61,427 nucleotides of DNA from a virus. Lineage: Duplodnaviria > Caudoviricetes. Below are positions 37,071-45,704 of the stretch, piece after piece; the stretch's first letter is position 1; each line of letters starts with the position of its first letter. The notes below the pieces were generated by a model. It was not told the origin of the DNA. It did not search any database and was given only the letters and a program-made list of their open reading frames with translations. Location: positions 1 to 61,427 of the IMG/VR virus record IMGVR_UViG_3300035670_000214. One strand, given 5' to 3'. The translations under genes were made by a program, and so were the position numbers.

Positions 37071-37297
37071 TGAATCCAGCAGTATTAGCTACCATCGCAG
37101 CAGCCGTAGGCGGAGCCCTTGGTAAGGTGCTCCTTAGTCTTTTAACTAGTCTTGTTACTGAGACTGTACTCAAGAAGGTAATCATACTTCTCCTTGAGAA
37201 GGTATCGGCTAAGACCGAGAATGACCTGGATAACCAACTACTAGCCATAGCCAAGGAAGCTTGGGAAGCTCCGAAGTTACCAGTGCAGGGTGAATAA
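37070..37297 (+). CDS. Putative holin
   Basis: 75 aa, hydrophobic N-terminus, KTENDLDNQL motif; last gene of the late arm. Confidence 0.45.
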   Translation: MNPAVLATIAAAVGGALGKVLLSLLTSLVTETVLKKVIILLLEKVSAKTENDLDNQLLAIAKEAWEAPKLPVQGE

Positions 37298-37381
37298 AAA
37301 GAGCCTACGCCGTGGCGTACTTAAAGTACGACTTGACGCAGGCCCCAAGTAGTCAAGATTTCAGTGAAAGCAGGTCTATCT

Positions 37382-37600
37382 CTAGACCTCTTTTTCTAGT
37401 CTCGATAGTAACTCATTTAAAGCACGGACCAGTTGTAGTTGACGGAGCTCCAAGTCTTGAACCCGAGCATCCAGCTCGTCTATTACTTCCAGTAATTGTT
37501 CCAGTTGCTTCTCCATCTTCTTTTCGCTTGGACTACGGAAGGAGTCAATCTCCTGACGCAGCTTCTTTTTCCTCTCCGCTAGACTGATAATCCGTGACAT
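37382..37600 (-). CDS. Coiled-coil hypothetical protein
   Basis: GAGG RBS; heptad repeats. Confidence 0.55.
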   Translation of the reverse strand: MSRIISLAERKKKLRQEIDSFRSPSEKKMEKQLEQLLEVIDELDARVQDLELRQLQLVRALNELLSRLEKEV

Positions 37601-37739
37601 TCGCCGCCTCTTTCATTCTTTCCGTTAATTGCCACAACGCAGTTATGGCGTTACTAGCTTGTGTGAATTCCTGTATAGCTAGCTGTTTTCTTTGCTCCCA
37701 CTCGTCCAGTTCCTTGCTAATAATACCTAGCAAGTCCAT
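37545..37739 (-). CDS. Hypothetical protein
   Basis: Strong AAGGAGG RBS. Confidence 0.55.
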   Translation of the reverse strand: MDLLGIISKELDEWEQRKQLAIQEFTQASNAITALWQLTERMKEAANVTDYQSSGEEKEAASGD

Positions 37740-37749
37740 GATTCCCTCC

Positions 37750-38154
37750 TTAATCTACCAAGTAAATGCGGAAGAGGTAGCTTAATTTGGCTAGCTCTAC
37801 GCCACGTTCTACCTTTAGCATGTAGTCTAATCTCTCAGACTCATAGGGCTCCATTAGTATGGGTCCGCCGATGTAAGCCATCCTTGCTAATTCTGGATTG
37901 GGTATTAACATTAAGTGATACTTATCTGCACTAATCCTGCCTAGGTCCAGTTTCGCCCTTTGCCCAGACTTTAGTATGCCATCCTTGATGGGTTCTCCAT
38001 CCTTATCAAACAGAACCTTAGTGAAGTCTTCCACATTAAGACTAAGGCAGTACTTATCGCTAGCGTACTGCAACTTGACTACACCTTCATTTAACTCGTC
38101 ATGTATATGCTTGCTTACTGTAGTTCCTCGGTCTGGTCTTAAAAAGATTGGCAT
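37750..38154 (-). CDS. Hypothetical protein, possibly a degenerate dUTPase fold
   Basis: ILKSGQRAKLDLG...YHLMLIPNPELAR...PILMEP follows dUTPase spacing but lacks catalytic motifs. Confidence 0.45.
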   Translation of the reverse strand: MPIFLRPDRGTTVSKHIHDELNEGVVKLQYASDKYCLSLNVEDFTKVLFDKDGEPIKDGILKSGQRAKLDLGRISADKYHLMLIPNPELARMAYIGGPILMEPYESERLDYMLKVERGVELAKLSYLFRIYLVD

Positions 38155-38167
38155 GATTCCCTCTTAT

Positions 38168-38575
38168 TTATGGATTAAATGTACGCGACTTTCTAGGTCT
38201 GATGTCGAGATGGCACCACCCTGGACTCCTATCCGGCGCCTCTCTCCACAGTTCACACTCTACTAGCTTTGCGTGGTTACTGTCAAGCCATTGGTCTAAG
38301 CCATTGCCTGGGTCCTTAATATCTACAGCTTCGCAGGTGAGGTGCGTAGAGCGCTTAGCTCCGCCAGCCTGAGTATTGTAGTGGCCAGGACGGTACCCTG
38401 AGCTCACTATAGGAGCCGTAAGGGTAGCTGGATATTGAGCTACCAGCTTATTAATACGGAACCAGACCCGCGCCATATTGATAGCATCCGCCTCAGTTAG
38501 CGGATACTGCCAATGTCTATTCATAAGTAGCTCGTCATAACTAATGTAGTTGTGCGGTTTGGACGACTGTGTCAT
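38168..38575 (-). CDS. Endolysin, peptidase M15A (Zn, D-Ala-D-Ala carboxypeptidase-like)
   Basis: SSGYRP..N..GGAKRSTH...AVDI...WCHLD. Confidence 0.9.
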   Translation of the reverse strand: MTQSSKPHNYISYDELLMNRHWQYPLTEADAINMARVWFRINKLVAQYPATLTAPIVSSGYRPGHYNTQAGGAKRSTHLTCEAVDIKDPGNGLDQWLDSNHAKLVECELWREAPDRSPGWCHLDIRPRKSRTFNP

Positions 38576-39224
38576 TTTGGCCTGCCCGTGTCATACGTTG
38601 GTTGAGTACGAAGGCTGCGGCCAGGTAGCCTATGGTTTCTGGGTGTCCAGTCCTAACGTCCAGGCTCGCAGTCTTACGTACCGTGGGGGAATCGAGGCCA
38701 CTGTTATAGGCTGCAAGAGCCAAAGCAGGGTCTCCCTTATAGTGTAGCATAAGTTCCTTGAACCTGCAAGCCCCAACGATGAGGTTGACCTGGGAATCGG
38801 CTAGGTCCTTTGGGTCTATCTCCCCGATACCACAAGCCTTAGCGAACTCAGGGGCGTATTTTGGCATGACCTGGGTAAGCCCAGTAGCCCCTACGGGGGA
38901 GCGAGACTCATTATTGAATCTGGACTCAATACAGATAAGGAAGTAGAACCACTTACGCTCTTCATTCTTAGGGAAGAAGGCTTCGCCTACCAGGCGTATC
39001 TGCTCGGCTAGTATCTCTCGTTTAGCAGGAGACACCTTAGCGTTACATGCGTCCATAACGGATTGCACGTAGAGGCGTCCTTCCGGTATCTCGTCTGCTT
39101 CTGGCTGCATAGTACTTTCAGCTACGTCTTGTGGCTTTACTTCTACGTCATTGGTATGAGCGTCGATACACCCTACTGCCAAAAGACTGATACCCAGATA
39201 TAACTTATTCTTTAACTTTTGCAT
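38541..39224 (-). CDS. Lipoprotein lytic transglycosylase (SLT domain)
   Basis: Lipobox LLAVG-C; IESRFN, GATGLTQVMP, ALAAYNSG, ETIGY. Confidence 0.9.
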   Translation of the reverse strand: MQKLKNKLYLGISLLAVGCIDAHTNDVEVKPQDVAESTMQPEADEIPEGRLYVQSVMDACNAKVSPAKREILAEQIRLVGEAFFPKNEERKWFYFLICIESRFNNESRSPVGATGLTQVMPKYAPEFAKACGIGEIDPKDLADSQVNLIVGACRFKELMLHYKGDPALALAAYNSGLDSPTVRKTASLDVRTGHPETIGYLAAAFVLNQRMTRAGQNDTVVQTAQLH

Positions 39225-39426
39225 TCGTAGTCTCCTTAAGATTGCGCATAAGTTCGTTAATACGGTTAAGGCTTTCTTTTATGCGCTGTAGTCTAACGTC
39301 TAGCATGTTTCTTTCCAGGTCGTCAGCGTACTTGAACTCAGCCTCAACGTGAATCTCAGCATTTCCTTTCCTGGTTGTTGGTAGTTGTATAACCTTTCCC
39401 ATTTTAGTCTCAGTCTTATCCATCAT
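39205..39426 (-). CDS. Hypothetical coiled-coil protein
   Basis: Overlap-coupled ORF with an RBS. Confidence 0.5.
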   Translation of the reverse strand: MMDKTETKMGKVIQLPTTRKGNAEIHVEAEFKYADDLERNMLDVRLQRIKESLNRINELMRNLKETTNAKVKE

Positions 39427-39602
39427 TCCCTCTCTAGTATTAGTGGTATCCTAGCTTCACAGTGCGGGCAAGCTATAATTTCTGCACCAGTAACCCACAT
39501 CTGATAGCCAGACTGCTCACACTCAGAGCAGTAGACGTAACCTACTGACCAGTTGCGTCGGTATAGGTCCAGGTATCGGATGTTGGATTTATCATCGGCC
39601 AC
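39423..39602 (-). CDS. 59-aa zinc-ribbon protein (absent from the ORF track)
   Basis: GTG start; CSEC...CPHC; exactly fills the gap between neighbours. Confidence 0.55.
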   Translation of the reverse strand: MADDKSNIRYLDLYRRNWSVGYVYCSECEQSGYQMWVTGAEIIACPHCEARIPLILERE

Positions 39603-39606
39603 GTTA

Positions 39607-40020
39607 TTACTCTGGTTTATCTATGCCGCAATGCTTGCAAGCCAGCTGTAAATGATGAAAGCTAATATTAACCCATTCGTGAGTGCAAGTACGATTACTA
39701 CCATCCAACCCAACATCACGAGAAACTCCAGTACCGTATTCAGCTCCTTCATTAGGCGTTTCACTCTCGTCCTCCCATGGCCAGTTCCATCCGTCAATCT
39801 CCCATTCCCATACACCATTAGCGGAGTTCCATGCCATACTAATCTTGGAATTAGGATTCATGTCAATACTACGCTTAAATCTAGGGTACTGGGCTACTGT
39901 GTAGATAGGCAAATTGTCAGCAACGGTATAATCCATAGTCCAAGTATTGTTATTACCCTTAACCTGGTGCCAATGTGCACTAGTGATAGCGGCATTGCCT
40001 CCGTTAATTATTAGTCCCAT
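39607..40020 (-). CDS. Hypothetical protein with a C-terminal CxHxW...CxxC zinc motif
   Basis: AAGGAGG RBS; CTHEW...CKHCG. Confidence 0.55.
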   Translation of the reverse strand: MGLIINGGNAAITSAHWHQVKGNNNTWTMDYTVADNLPIYTVAQYPRFKRSIDMNPNSKISMAWNSANGVWEWEIDGWNWPWEDESETPNEGAEYGTGVSRDVGLDGSNRTCTHEWVNISFHHLQLACKHCGIDKPE

Positions 40021-40253
40021 GGTAGTGCCTCCTTATCGTAGTTACTTGTAGCGAACTCCAGGGCATCCCTTAGTATTTCCTTGTGATGCGGGTAATCCTC
40101 TGCGTGCAACTCGGTAATGTGACCATAGTCCTCATGCTCTACTACCAGGTATACCTCGCCATTACTTTCCGTCTCTTGTATAACGGAAAGAAGGCTATTA
40201 AGTGCCTTAACTGTATTAGTCATATTCTTTAACTTGGCTTCTACACTTAGCAT
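40011..40253 (-). CDS. Hypothetical protein
   Basis: AAGGAGG RBS; operon packing. Confidence 0.55.
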   Translation of the reverse strand: MLSVEAKLKNMTNTVKALNSLLSVIQETESNGEVYLVVEHEDYGHITELHAEDYPHHKEILRDALEFATSNYDKEALPWD

Positions 40254-40276
40254 TTACTAGCCTCCTTTACTATAGA

Positions 40277-40501
40277 TTACGGAATAGCGTTACGGCACTG
40301 ATATTTAACAACTAGCTCAGCTAGTTCACTCTCTGGTTCGCCCATGCGCTCGACGAACTGCTCAGCGCAGATAGCCCTGAGGTCTGCCCGGAGCTTACGC
40401 TGCTCAATCTCATCTCCTACGATGTAGCCAAGAGCTAGCCCGACCAAGGCAAAGCAAGCTATTTTCAGAATCATTGCCAGAATTTCCAGATACTTCTTCA
40501 T
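40277..40501 (-). CDS. Small membrane-anchored protein
   Basis: N-terminal TM helix and two Cys in the soluble part. Confidence 0.55.
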   Translation of the reverse strand: MKKYLEILAMILKIACFALVGLALGYIVGDEIEQRKLRADLRAICAEQFVERMGEPESELAELVVKYQCRNAIP

Positions 40502-40953
40502 ACGGTCTCCTTATTAGCAGCGGGTCTTGGATGCCTATCATCCTCCCCCACGCCGTGCTGCTCATGATACACCAGGAATAGTAGATTGCAAGCACAATGT
40601 GCTAGATGGCTAAGACCAGTCTCGGGGTCCTTGTCCTCTCCACGCATATGGGCGTAGAGATGTCTAAGACTTGCGGCATACAACCTGGACCATTTAAATC
40701 CCTTAGCCCAATTCCAGTCCTGATACTTATCGGCACCGAAAGCCAAAACTTTAGCCACCTCTTCGATAGCTTCTGCTGGTACTAGATGTAGCGGTAACTT
40801 GCCCTTATCGTGCTTAATACCAGCTGTCTGCGTCACTTTGACGTGCCCCTCCACTAGCTTACGTCCTTGGTCTTCTAGGCTATCCTTATGGAACTTTCTG
40901 AGTTCCTCGAAGCTCCAACCCCAGGCATCTAACTCCCGCTTGATATTACTCAT
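40498..40953 (-). CDS. dATP/dGTP diphosphohydrolase domain protein (DUF5664)
   Basis: GIKHDKGK...LVP...GADKY...NWAKG...RH...DPETGLSHLAH. Confidence 0.9.
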   Translation of the reverse strand: MSNIKRELDAWGWSFEELRKFHKDSLEDQGRKLVEGHVKVTQTAGIKHDKGKLPLHLVPAEAIEEVAKVLAFGADKYQDWNWAKGFKWSRLYAASLRHLYAHMRGEDKDPETGLSHLAHCACNLLFLVYHEQHGVGEDDRHPRPAANKETV

Positions 40954-41215
40954 CTGAGATACCTCTTTCTTGCTTAAGCTCGTAGTACATTTCTTCCAGT
41001 AATCCTATGGCCAGGTCTACTTCTGGATGAGCTTCGATGAGCTCGTTCAATTTCCTACCCCGAACGCTATCTGGGTAGCCATGCTTACGGTGAGGCCGAA
41101 ACACTAGCTGTTCCACGTCCCAGATGAAGCAAGAGAGGTCGGTTGCTTGAAGCATACGCTTATGCTCTATCCTATCGTCAGCGTCATTAAGGTCGAATTC
41201 AATTATCGCTTTCAT
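40946..41215 (-). CDS. Conserved phage hypothetical protein (MKAIIEFDL type)
   Basis: GGAGG RBS; familiar N-terminal motif. Confidence 0.6.
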   Translation of the reverse strand: MKAIIEFDLNDADDRIEHKRMLQATDLSCFIWDVEQLVFRPHRKHGYPDSVRGRKLNELIEAHPEVDLAIGLLEEMYYELKQERGISDE

Positions 41216-41320
41216 TATCGTATTCCTCCGACATTAGCTGGTTAGCTAGGTTAAACAGACCAATGATGGACAGTACAACCAGGGATGGGATGATGAGGCC
41301 AAAGAGTATTCCGTAGTACA

Positions 41321-41653
41321 TTATTTATCCTTTCTCTGTTCTAATCGGTTAATCTCGGACTCAGCTTTAGCACGTTCTACTGGCGGAAGTCCAGATATTT
41401 CTGCTCGAAGATTATTAGCCTCCTTAAGTTCCTGGAATCCTGAGCGCTTAGTACCGGAGGGATAGCTAGCTTTCATCACCATAGGGGCACTGGGTACGCG
41501 CTTGACTGTATTGAACTCGCGGCATTGGTCACAGTTCCAGCGGTTCTCGTAGCTAGCCTCGGAGCGTCGCATGGTAGTGACGGTACGAGTGTTACAGGTC
41601 TCGCACCAGAGGTCTACGCTAATTAGTGTGCCGTTTCCATATTCATGACTCAT
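41321..41653 (-). CDS. Zinc-ribbon protein (FmdB-like)
   Basis: CETC...CDQC...KRVPSAP. Confidence 0.55.
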   Translation of the reverse strand: MSHEYGNGTLISVDLWCETCNTRTVTTMRRSEASYENRWNCDQCREFNTVKRVPSAPMVMKASYPSGTKRSGFQELKEANNLRAEISGLPPVERAKAESEINRLEQRKDK

Positions 41654-42105
41654 AATCCTAACTCCTTATTCTCTAGCAGTAATTCTTGCAGGTATTCCAT
41701 AAGGTCCTGCTTTAATTGCTCTGGATTGTCGGACTGCTTTACCGCAGCCTGTGCTGCCTCGGAGGCATACTTGGTAGCCAGTACGTCCTTGCCGGAGTAG
41801 CTCTGTATCGGGTTATTCTCGTACCGGTAAGCAGAGTTACTGTAAGCTAACTTCCCGGTGTAGATGGCAGCCCAGTCGTCGTGGGTATTACGCAGGTTTG
41901 CCGCTGTATGTGCAATGTCCGCAGCTTGCGAACAGGCATAGGCGTAGCTGTCATCCTCCAGCCACTTGCTCACTATGTATAGGCAGAAGCGTCCAGTCTC
42001 GGAACTGGTTACGGACATGGCAGCATCCAAAGCAAACAGTACTTTAGACCTATGGTCTAGCTTATGTATGTAACGTATCTGGTCATCCCACTTTACAGTA
42101 TCCAT
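41650..42105 (-). CDS. Helical Imm5-like hypothetical protein
   Basis: VLFALDAA...KWL...Ala-rich helices; AGGAGG RBS. Confidence 0.45.
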   Translation of the reverse strand: MDTVKWDDQIRYIHKLDHRSKVLFALDAAMSVTSSETGRFCLYIVSKWLEDDSYAYACSQAADIAHTAANLRNTHDDWAAIYTGKLAYSNSAYRYENNPIQSYSGKDVLATKYASEAAQAAVKQSDNPEQLKQDLMEYLQELLLENKELGL

Positions 42106-42114
42106 ACTTCCTCC

Positions 42115-42330
42115 TTATTCTATCAATCCTTGTCCATCTATTACTTGTACTTCTAATGGCTTAGCTAGTAGATATACGCCACTATTTCCTTTAATTACCC
42201 TCGGTTTAAACAGGGATTCTAATAGTGAACTAGCCTCTTCTGGGGTGGAGGCAAGTCCTCTGTATTCCCGTACATGCGTGATGTCTTTTCTAGCTAGATA
42301 AAATCTGACCTCAAACACTAGCTCTTTCAT
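42115..42330 (-). CDS. Hypothetical protein
   Basis: AGGAGG RBS. Confidence 0.5.
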   Translation of the reverse strand: MKELVFEVRFYLARKDITHVREYRGLASTPEEASSLLESLFKPRVIKGNSGVYLLAKPLEVQVIDGQGLIE

Positions 42331-42401
42331 ATTTCCTCCTAATTCGTGGGATTTGTTACCGAGATGTACACATCGGGATGCCCGAAGGGCAGATTGGTAA
42401 C

Positions 42402-43022
42402 CTAAGTCCCGGTCACTTCGTAGATATCGTACAGCTCTTCTAACAGATGGCGAGGGACTTTATAGCCGCCAGTACGGTACCCTCTATTCTTTATCAGTAC
42501 CAGTCCTAGCTTTTCCTTTCGGATAATCCGGTCCAAAACTTTACACAATTTCTTGATGTCGTTAAACTGGTAGTAGATTCCATTCCTTGCAAAGTAGTAA
42601 ACTAGTACATCTACTCGCTTTGCTCGGGATTGCCAAGGGCCACCGGGTGTTTGCTTCTCCCAGTTGCTCCATCTCTCGAAGAAAAAGTTAGAAGTAGACT
42701 CGTGGTCCCAGTCATCAGTCTTAAGTTCCAGCTTCTCGCCAGTCTTAACTACCTTGAAATCGTAGGCAAAAGTGGTGGCTGCCGTTAACGGCCTATGGTA
42801 GATGTCGTGAAAGTCCTGCTGAGCTTGAAGCCCATAGGCTAGCTGCTGTTCCCAGGTATATACCTTATTTCCACGTCCAGAGGTCGTCACACTCCACCCA
42901 TCCTTTCTCAAGCTTTCGCTTCGTAGTCTTACATTTACAGCAGGTCCAGGTGTGCTGATAGCCACCGTGGCAGGGAGTGCTGGGGTATTCAGGGCCAGCT
43001 GGGTCATAAGCACTACACCCAC
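42402..43022 (-). CDS. Restriction-endonuclease-like PD-(D/E)xK nuclease (true start probably downstream)
   Basis: YDF...LELKTD...NFFFE...GGPW motif order. Confidence 0.65.
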   Translation of the reverse strand: MGVVLMTQLALNTPALPATVAISTPGPAVNVRLRSESLRKDGWSVTTSGRGNKVYTWEQQLAYGLQAQQDFHDIYHRPLTAATTFAYDFKVVKTGEKLELKTDDWDHESTSNFFFERWSNWEKQTPGGPWQSRAKRVDVLVYYFARNGIYYQFNDIKKLCKVLDRIIRKEKLGLVLIKNRGYRTGGYKVPRHLLEELYDIYEVTGT

Positions 43023-43152
43023 ACATTCCCTTATTTGCTTCCCAGAACGGGCAGGTCGCGCCTATTCCCTCATACCAGGTGTCCTTGTGTGGCGTTACGC
43101 TAGCGCATTTACGGCAGCGCTTTCGCTTAACCTTAAGCCAATACCTATTCAT
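42865..43152 (-). CDS. Cys-rich zinc-binding hypothetical protein
   Basis: CRKC, C..C.C, HTWTCCKC; coupled to the helicase stop. Confidence 0.5.
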   Translation of the reverse strand: MNRYWLKVKRKRCRKCASVTPHKDTWYEGIGATCPFWEANKGMCGCSAYDPAGPEYPSTPCHGGYQHTWTCCKCKTTKRKLEKGWVECDDLWTWK

Positions 43153-44624
43153 AGTCCTATAGCCTTATGCGTAGGCTCCTCTGATACTGCATCACAGAAC
43201 CAACCAGGGAACAGCTCTCGGTAGTCATTGTACAGGCGTTTAAAGGAACGGTCTACGATGAATGTCTCCCCGAAGTCATTGGGGTTACGACAGACTCGGC
43301 CATAGGCTTGGACAACTAGTCTGGCTGCCTCGTTAGCGTAGCCCTCTGGGTCCTGCTGAGCTAAATACTGCATAGCTGGTTCGGTTAGGTTAGCCCAAGG
43401 TACCTTACAGATTACCTGCCACCTGGCTAGGTCATCGGCTAGGTCAATACCCTCATACATACCAGAGGCTACCATTATCTTACCTTCAGTCTCCTGGAAC
43501 TCTTTGAATATTGCCTGCTTATTTTGGTTACTGTGGAACAGGAACCTCGGATGATTACCTAGCAGTAAGCTTAGGTTCTTGGCTAAGGCGTAAGGAGCGT
43601 GGATGAAGCCTCGACCGGGTTTGGTCTCGGCTAGTTCTAGCAAATAGTCAGCAAGTTTGGGTATGTCTCTACCGTTGGCTGCGGCTGATAGGTTAAATCT
43701 TAGGTCAAGGTGTAAGGGTCTGCGTTCCACTGGTATAGGACTGGGTGCATCAATAACACAGATGCGCCTGTCACCTAAGCCCATGTCCTCTACATCCTTA
43801 CGATTTATTGTACCGGATAAGAAGAATAGTTTCTTAACCTTACCTAAGGGCCAGAGTAGTGGCGGTTGGTCTTTGACGTCTACGGGTATCAATTTAAGGC
43901 ACTCCCGTTCCTCGCCCCTATACAGGGAATAGCCCTTCTCTACTAGGTAATGTACCTTGTTGGACATGAGCTCTGCTCTTAGCTCTTTCAGCTTCTTGTC
44001 ATTGGGTGTTCTAGTCAAACGCTCAGTGACCCAGCGGAGTAGCTGGCCGTAGGTCCGTACATACGATGGGAACTCGTAATCGTGGTGCCATAACTTCTTA
44101 GCCGCTAAGTCCTTTATCATGCCTTGCAGCAGATGGCCCTCATCTATAATCAAGCCTTCACCGTATAACCTATAAGCTAGGTAGGTATAATTATTGATAA
44201 CTACGTAAGGCATAGCTTGGGCTTTACGCAAGGCTCCTACGTAAGGGCAACCCTTGCAATAAGCTCCACGCTTCTTACTGGTACCAGTTAACTTGGTATG
44301 CTCGCCACAGTCAAACTTAACAGTCTGATTCTCGTAGAGGGAGCAAGTATAACTCTCCCGCTTCTTTAGCGTATTGATACTAGGGAAGCTGTCTAGGTAC
44401 TGCTGTAACAATAGGTTATTAGGTACTAATATCCTAGACTTCCACTTATTCCGCTGCTGAAGGTATCTTGCAATAGTCATGGATAGTAGCGTCTTACCAG
44501 AAGCGACAGGTGCTCTGATGATGAATACATCTGAGCTATCGAACTTCTCTTCTAGCTTTAGCAACACGTCGCGTTGAACATCTCTTAACTGCCATCCTCC
44601 AGGTACAGCTTTAAGTATGCTCAT
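43149..44624 (-). CDS. DinG/XPD-like SF2 helicase
   Basis: APVASGKT, Cys cluster ending CKGCPY, DEGH, LSGT, EGID, QAYGRVCR. Confidence 0.88.
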   Translation of the reverse strand: MSILKAVPGGWQLRDVQRDVLLKLEEKFDSSDVFIIRAPVASGKTLLSMTIARYLQQRNKWKSRILVPNNLLLQQYLDSFPSINTLKKRESYTCSLYENQTVKFDCGEHTKLTGTSKKRGAYCKGCPYVGALRKAQAMPYVVINNYTYLAYRLYGEGLIIDEGHLLQGMIKDLAAKKLWHHDYEFPSYVRTYGQLLRWVTERLTRTPNDKKLKELRAELMSNKVHYLVEKGYSLYRGEERECLKLIPVDVKDQPPLLWPLGKVKKLFFLSGTINRKDVEDMGLGDRRICVIDAPSPIPVERRPLHLDLRFNLSAAANGRDIPKLADYLLELAETKPGRGFIHAPYALAKNLSLLLGNHPRFLFHSNQNKQAIFKEFQETEGKIMVASGMYEGIDLADDLARWQVICKVPWANLTEPAMQYLAQQDPEGYANEAARLVVQAYGRVCRNPNDFGETFIVDRSFKRLYNDYRELFPGWFCDAVSEEPTHKAIGL

Positions 44625-45091
44625 CTATCGCCTCGCTTGTAAAAGTTTATGCGTATCCCGTAGCTATCCTCAACAGGATATTTCATGCGGGTCCAGGTTT
44701 CGGTTTTCATATCCACGTAATAGGGCTGAGCCTGGTCAAAAGTATGCCTAGAATGGTGCTCCCAGAATAGCTCGACTTTACCGAGGTCTAGCCCGAACTC
44801 ATAGTGCCAGCCCATGGTCATGAACTTAGCATCTGTCCCCTCTCCATGTACCTCGTTATTCCAATAGAGGTAGTCGTTGAGCATCCGTAGGTCAAACTCA
44901 GCAGCTACCCTGCCCTTATACTCATAGCAGTCTAGTTCAGGTGTCTGGAACTCTCTATTGCAACCAAACTTCATCAGCTTAAGGCTAAACCTGTCTAGTT
45001 CAGCCCAACGAATGCCCTCAGTCTCCTCAGCCAATACTGGATGGGTATAGTAGAGTGGTATTATAAACCATAAGGCTAGTAATGGATTCAT
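44621..45091 (-). CDS. Exported protein, putative small outer-membrane beta-barrel
   Basis: Signal peptide ending VLA; alternating aromatic strands; WEHHSRH; terminal YGIRINF. Confidence 0.5.
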   Translation of the reverse strand: MNPLLALWFIIPLYYTHPVLAEETEGIRWAELDRFSLKLMKFGCNREFQTPELDCYEYKGRVAAEFDLRMLNDYLYWNNEVHGEGTDAKFMTMGWHYEFGLDLGKVELFWEHHSRHTFDQAQPYYVDMKTETWTRMKYPVEDSYGIRINFYKRGDR

Positions 45092-45432
45092 TTATTTGAC
45101 CTCCGCTTATACATCTGGAGGAAGCCGTGCTCGAATGCCCGGATTATACCTTCCTCATCTTCCTCGCTAATCTTAAAGTGATGGCCGGATAGGAACAATA
45201 GCATGTGACAGAGTTCATGAAACAGGGTGCGTTCCATCTCTTCTCTGGGTTGGTCCAAGCAGATATATATTACCTTCTCATTCAAATAACTTAGACCAAA
45301 GGAATCGGCCTCACCTCTAGGCATAGTGTGGCAGTAGTAAATGCGTATCTTATAGCCGAATAGTTCCACGGTGCTAGGGAAGCCTCTAGGCTTTCTGCCA
45401 CGCTTTACTCTAGGTAGGCGTCCCATTGTCAC
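45088..45432 (-). CDS. Zincin-like metallopeptidase (ImmA/IrrE-like)
   Basis: RTLFHELCH...EE. Confidence 0.7.
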   Translation of the reverse strand: MTMGRLPRVKRGRKPRGFPSTVELFGYKIRIYYCHTMPRGEADSFGLSYLNEKVIYICLDQPREEMERTLFHELCHMLLFLSGHHFKISEEDEEGIIRAFEHGFLQMYKRRSNK

Positions 45433-45704
45433 TCCTCCTCGTCATCGAAGTATGCGTCCTCTTCGTACTCATCTGAATAGATAGCAGATGCTAGTAGTAA
45501 TAGCAAGTCCTGAACGTCATCTGGGAACAGTATGTAAGTGTTAGCACTAAAGTCCATGGAGTAACCCTCGCAACCGCCCATCCTGTCTACATATTCACTA
45601 GCATCCATCTCGTCTGGGTCGATGGGTGATAGTTCCATTACGCCAAAACGCTCTAAGAGTTCTGCGACCAGGGATGCTAGCTCCTCGTGTGATTTCATGG
45701 CCAT
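45429..45704 (-). CDS. Very acidic small protein
   Basis: Asp/Glu-rich; overlap-coupled. Confidence 0.5.
   Translation of the reverse strand: MAMKSHEELASLVAELLERFGVMELSPIDPDEMDASEYVDRMGGCEGYSMDFSANTYILFPDDVQDLLLLLASAIYSDEYEEDAYFDDEEE

Noticed and set aside
8613-37254. Numerous minus-strand and alternate-frame ORFs inside structural genes (e.g. 32183-32809, 34349-34870, 12887-13354)
   Set aside because: Shadow ORFs of biased codon usage, with no RBS or recognisable motifs
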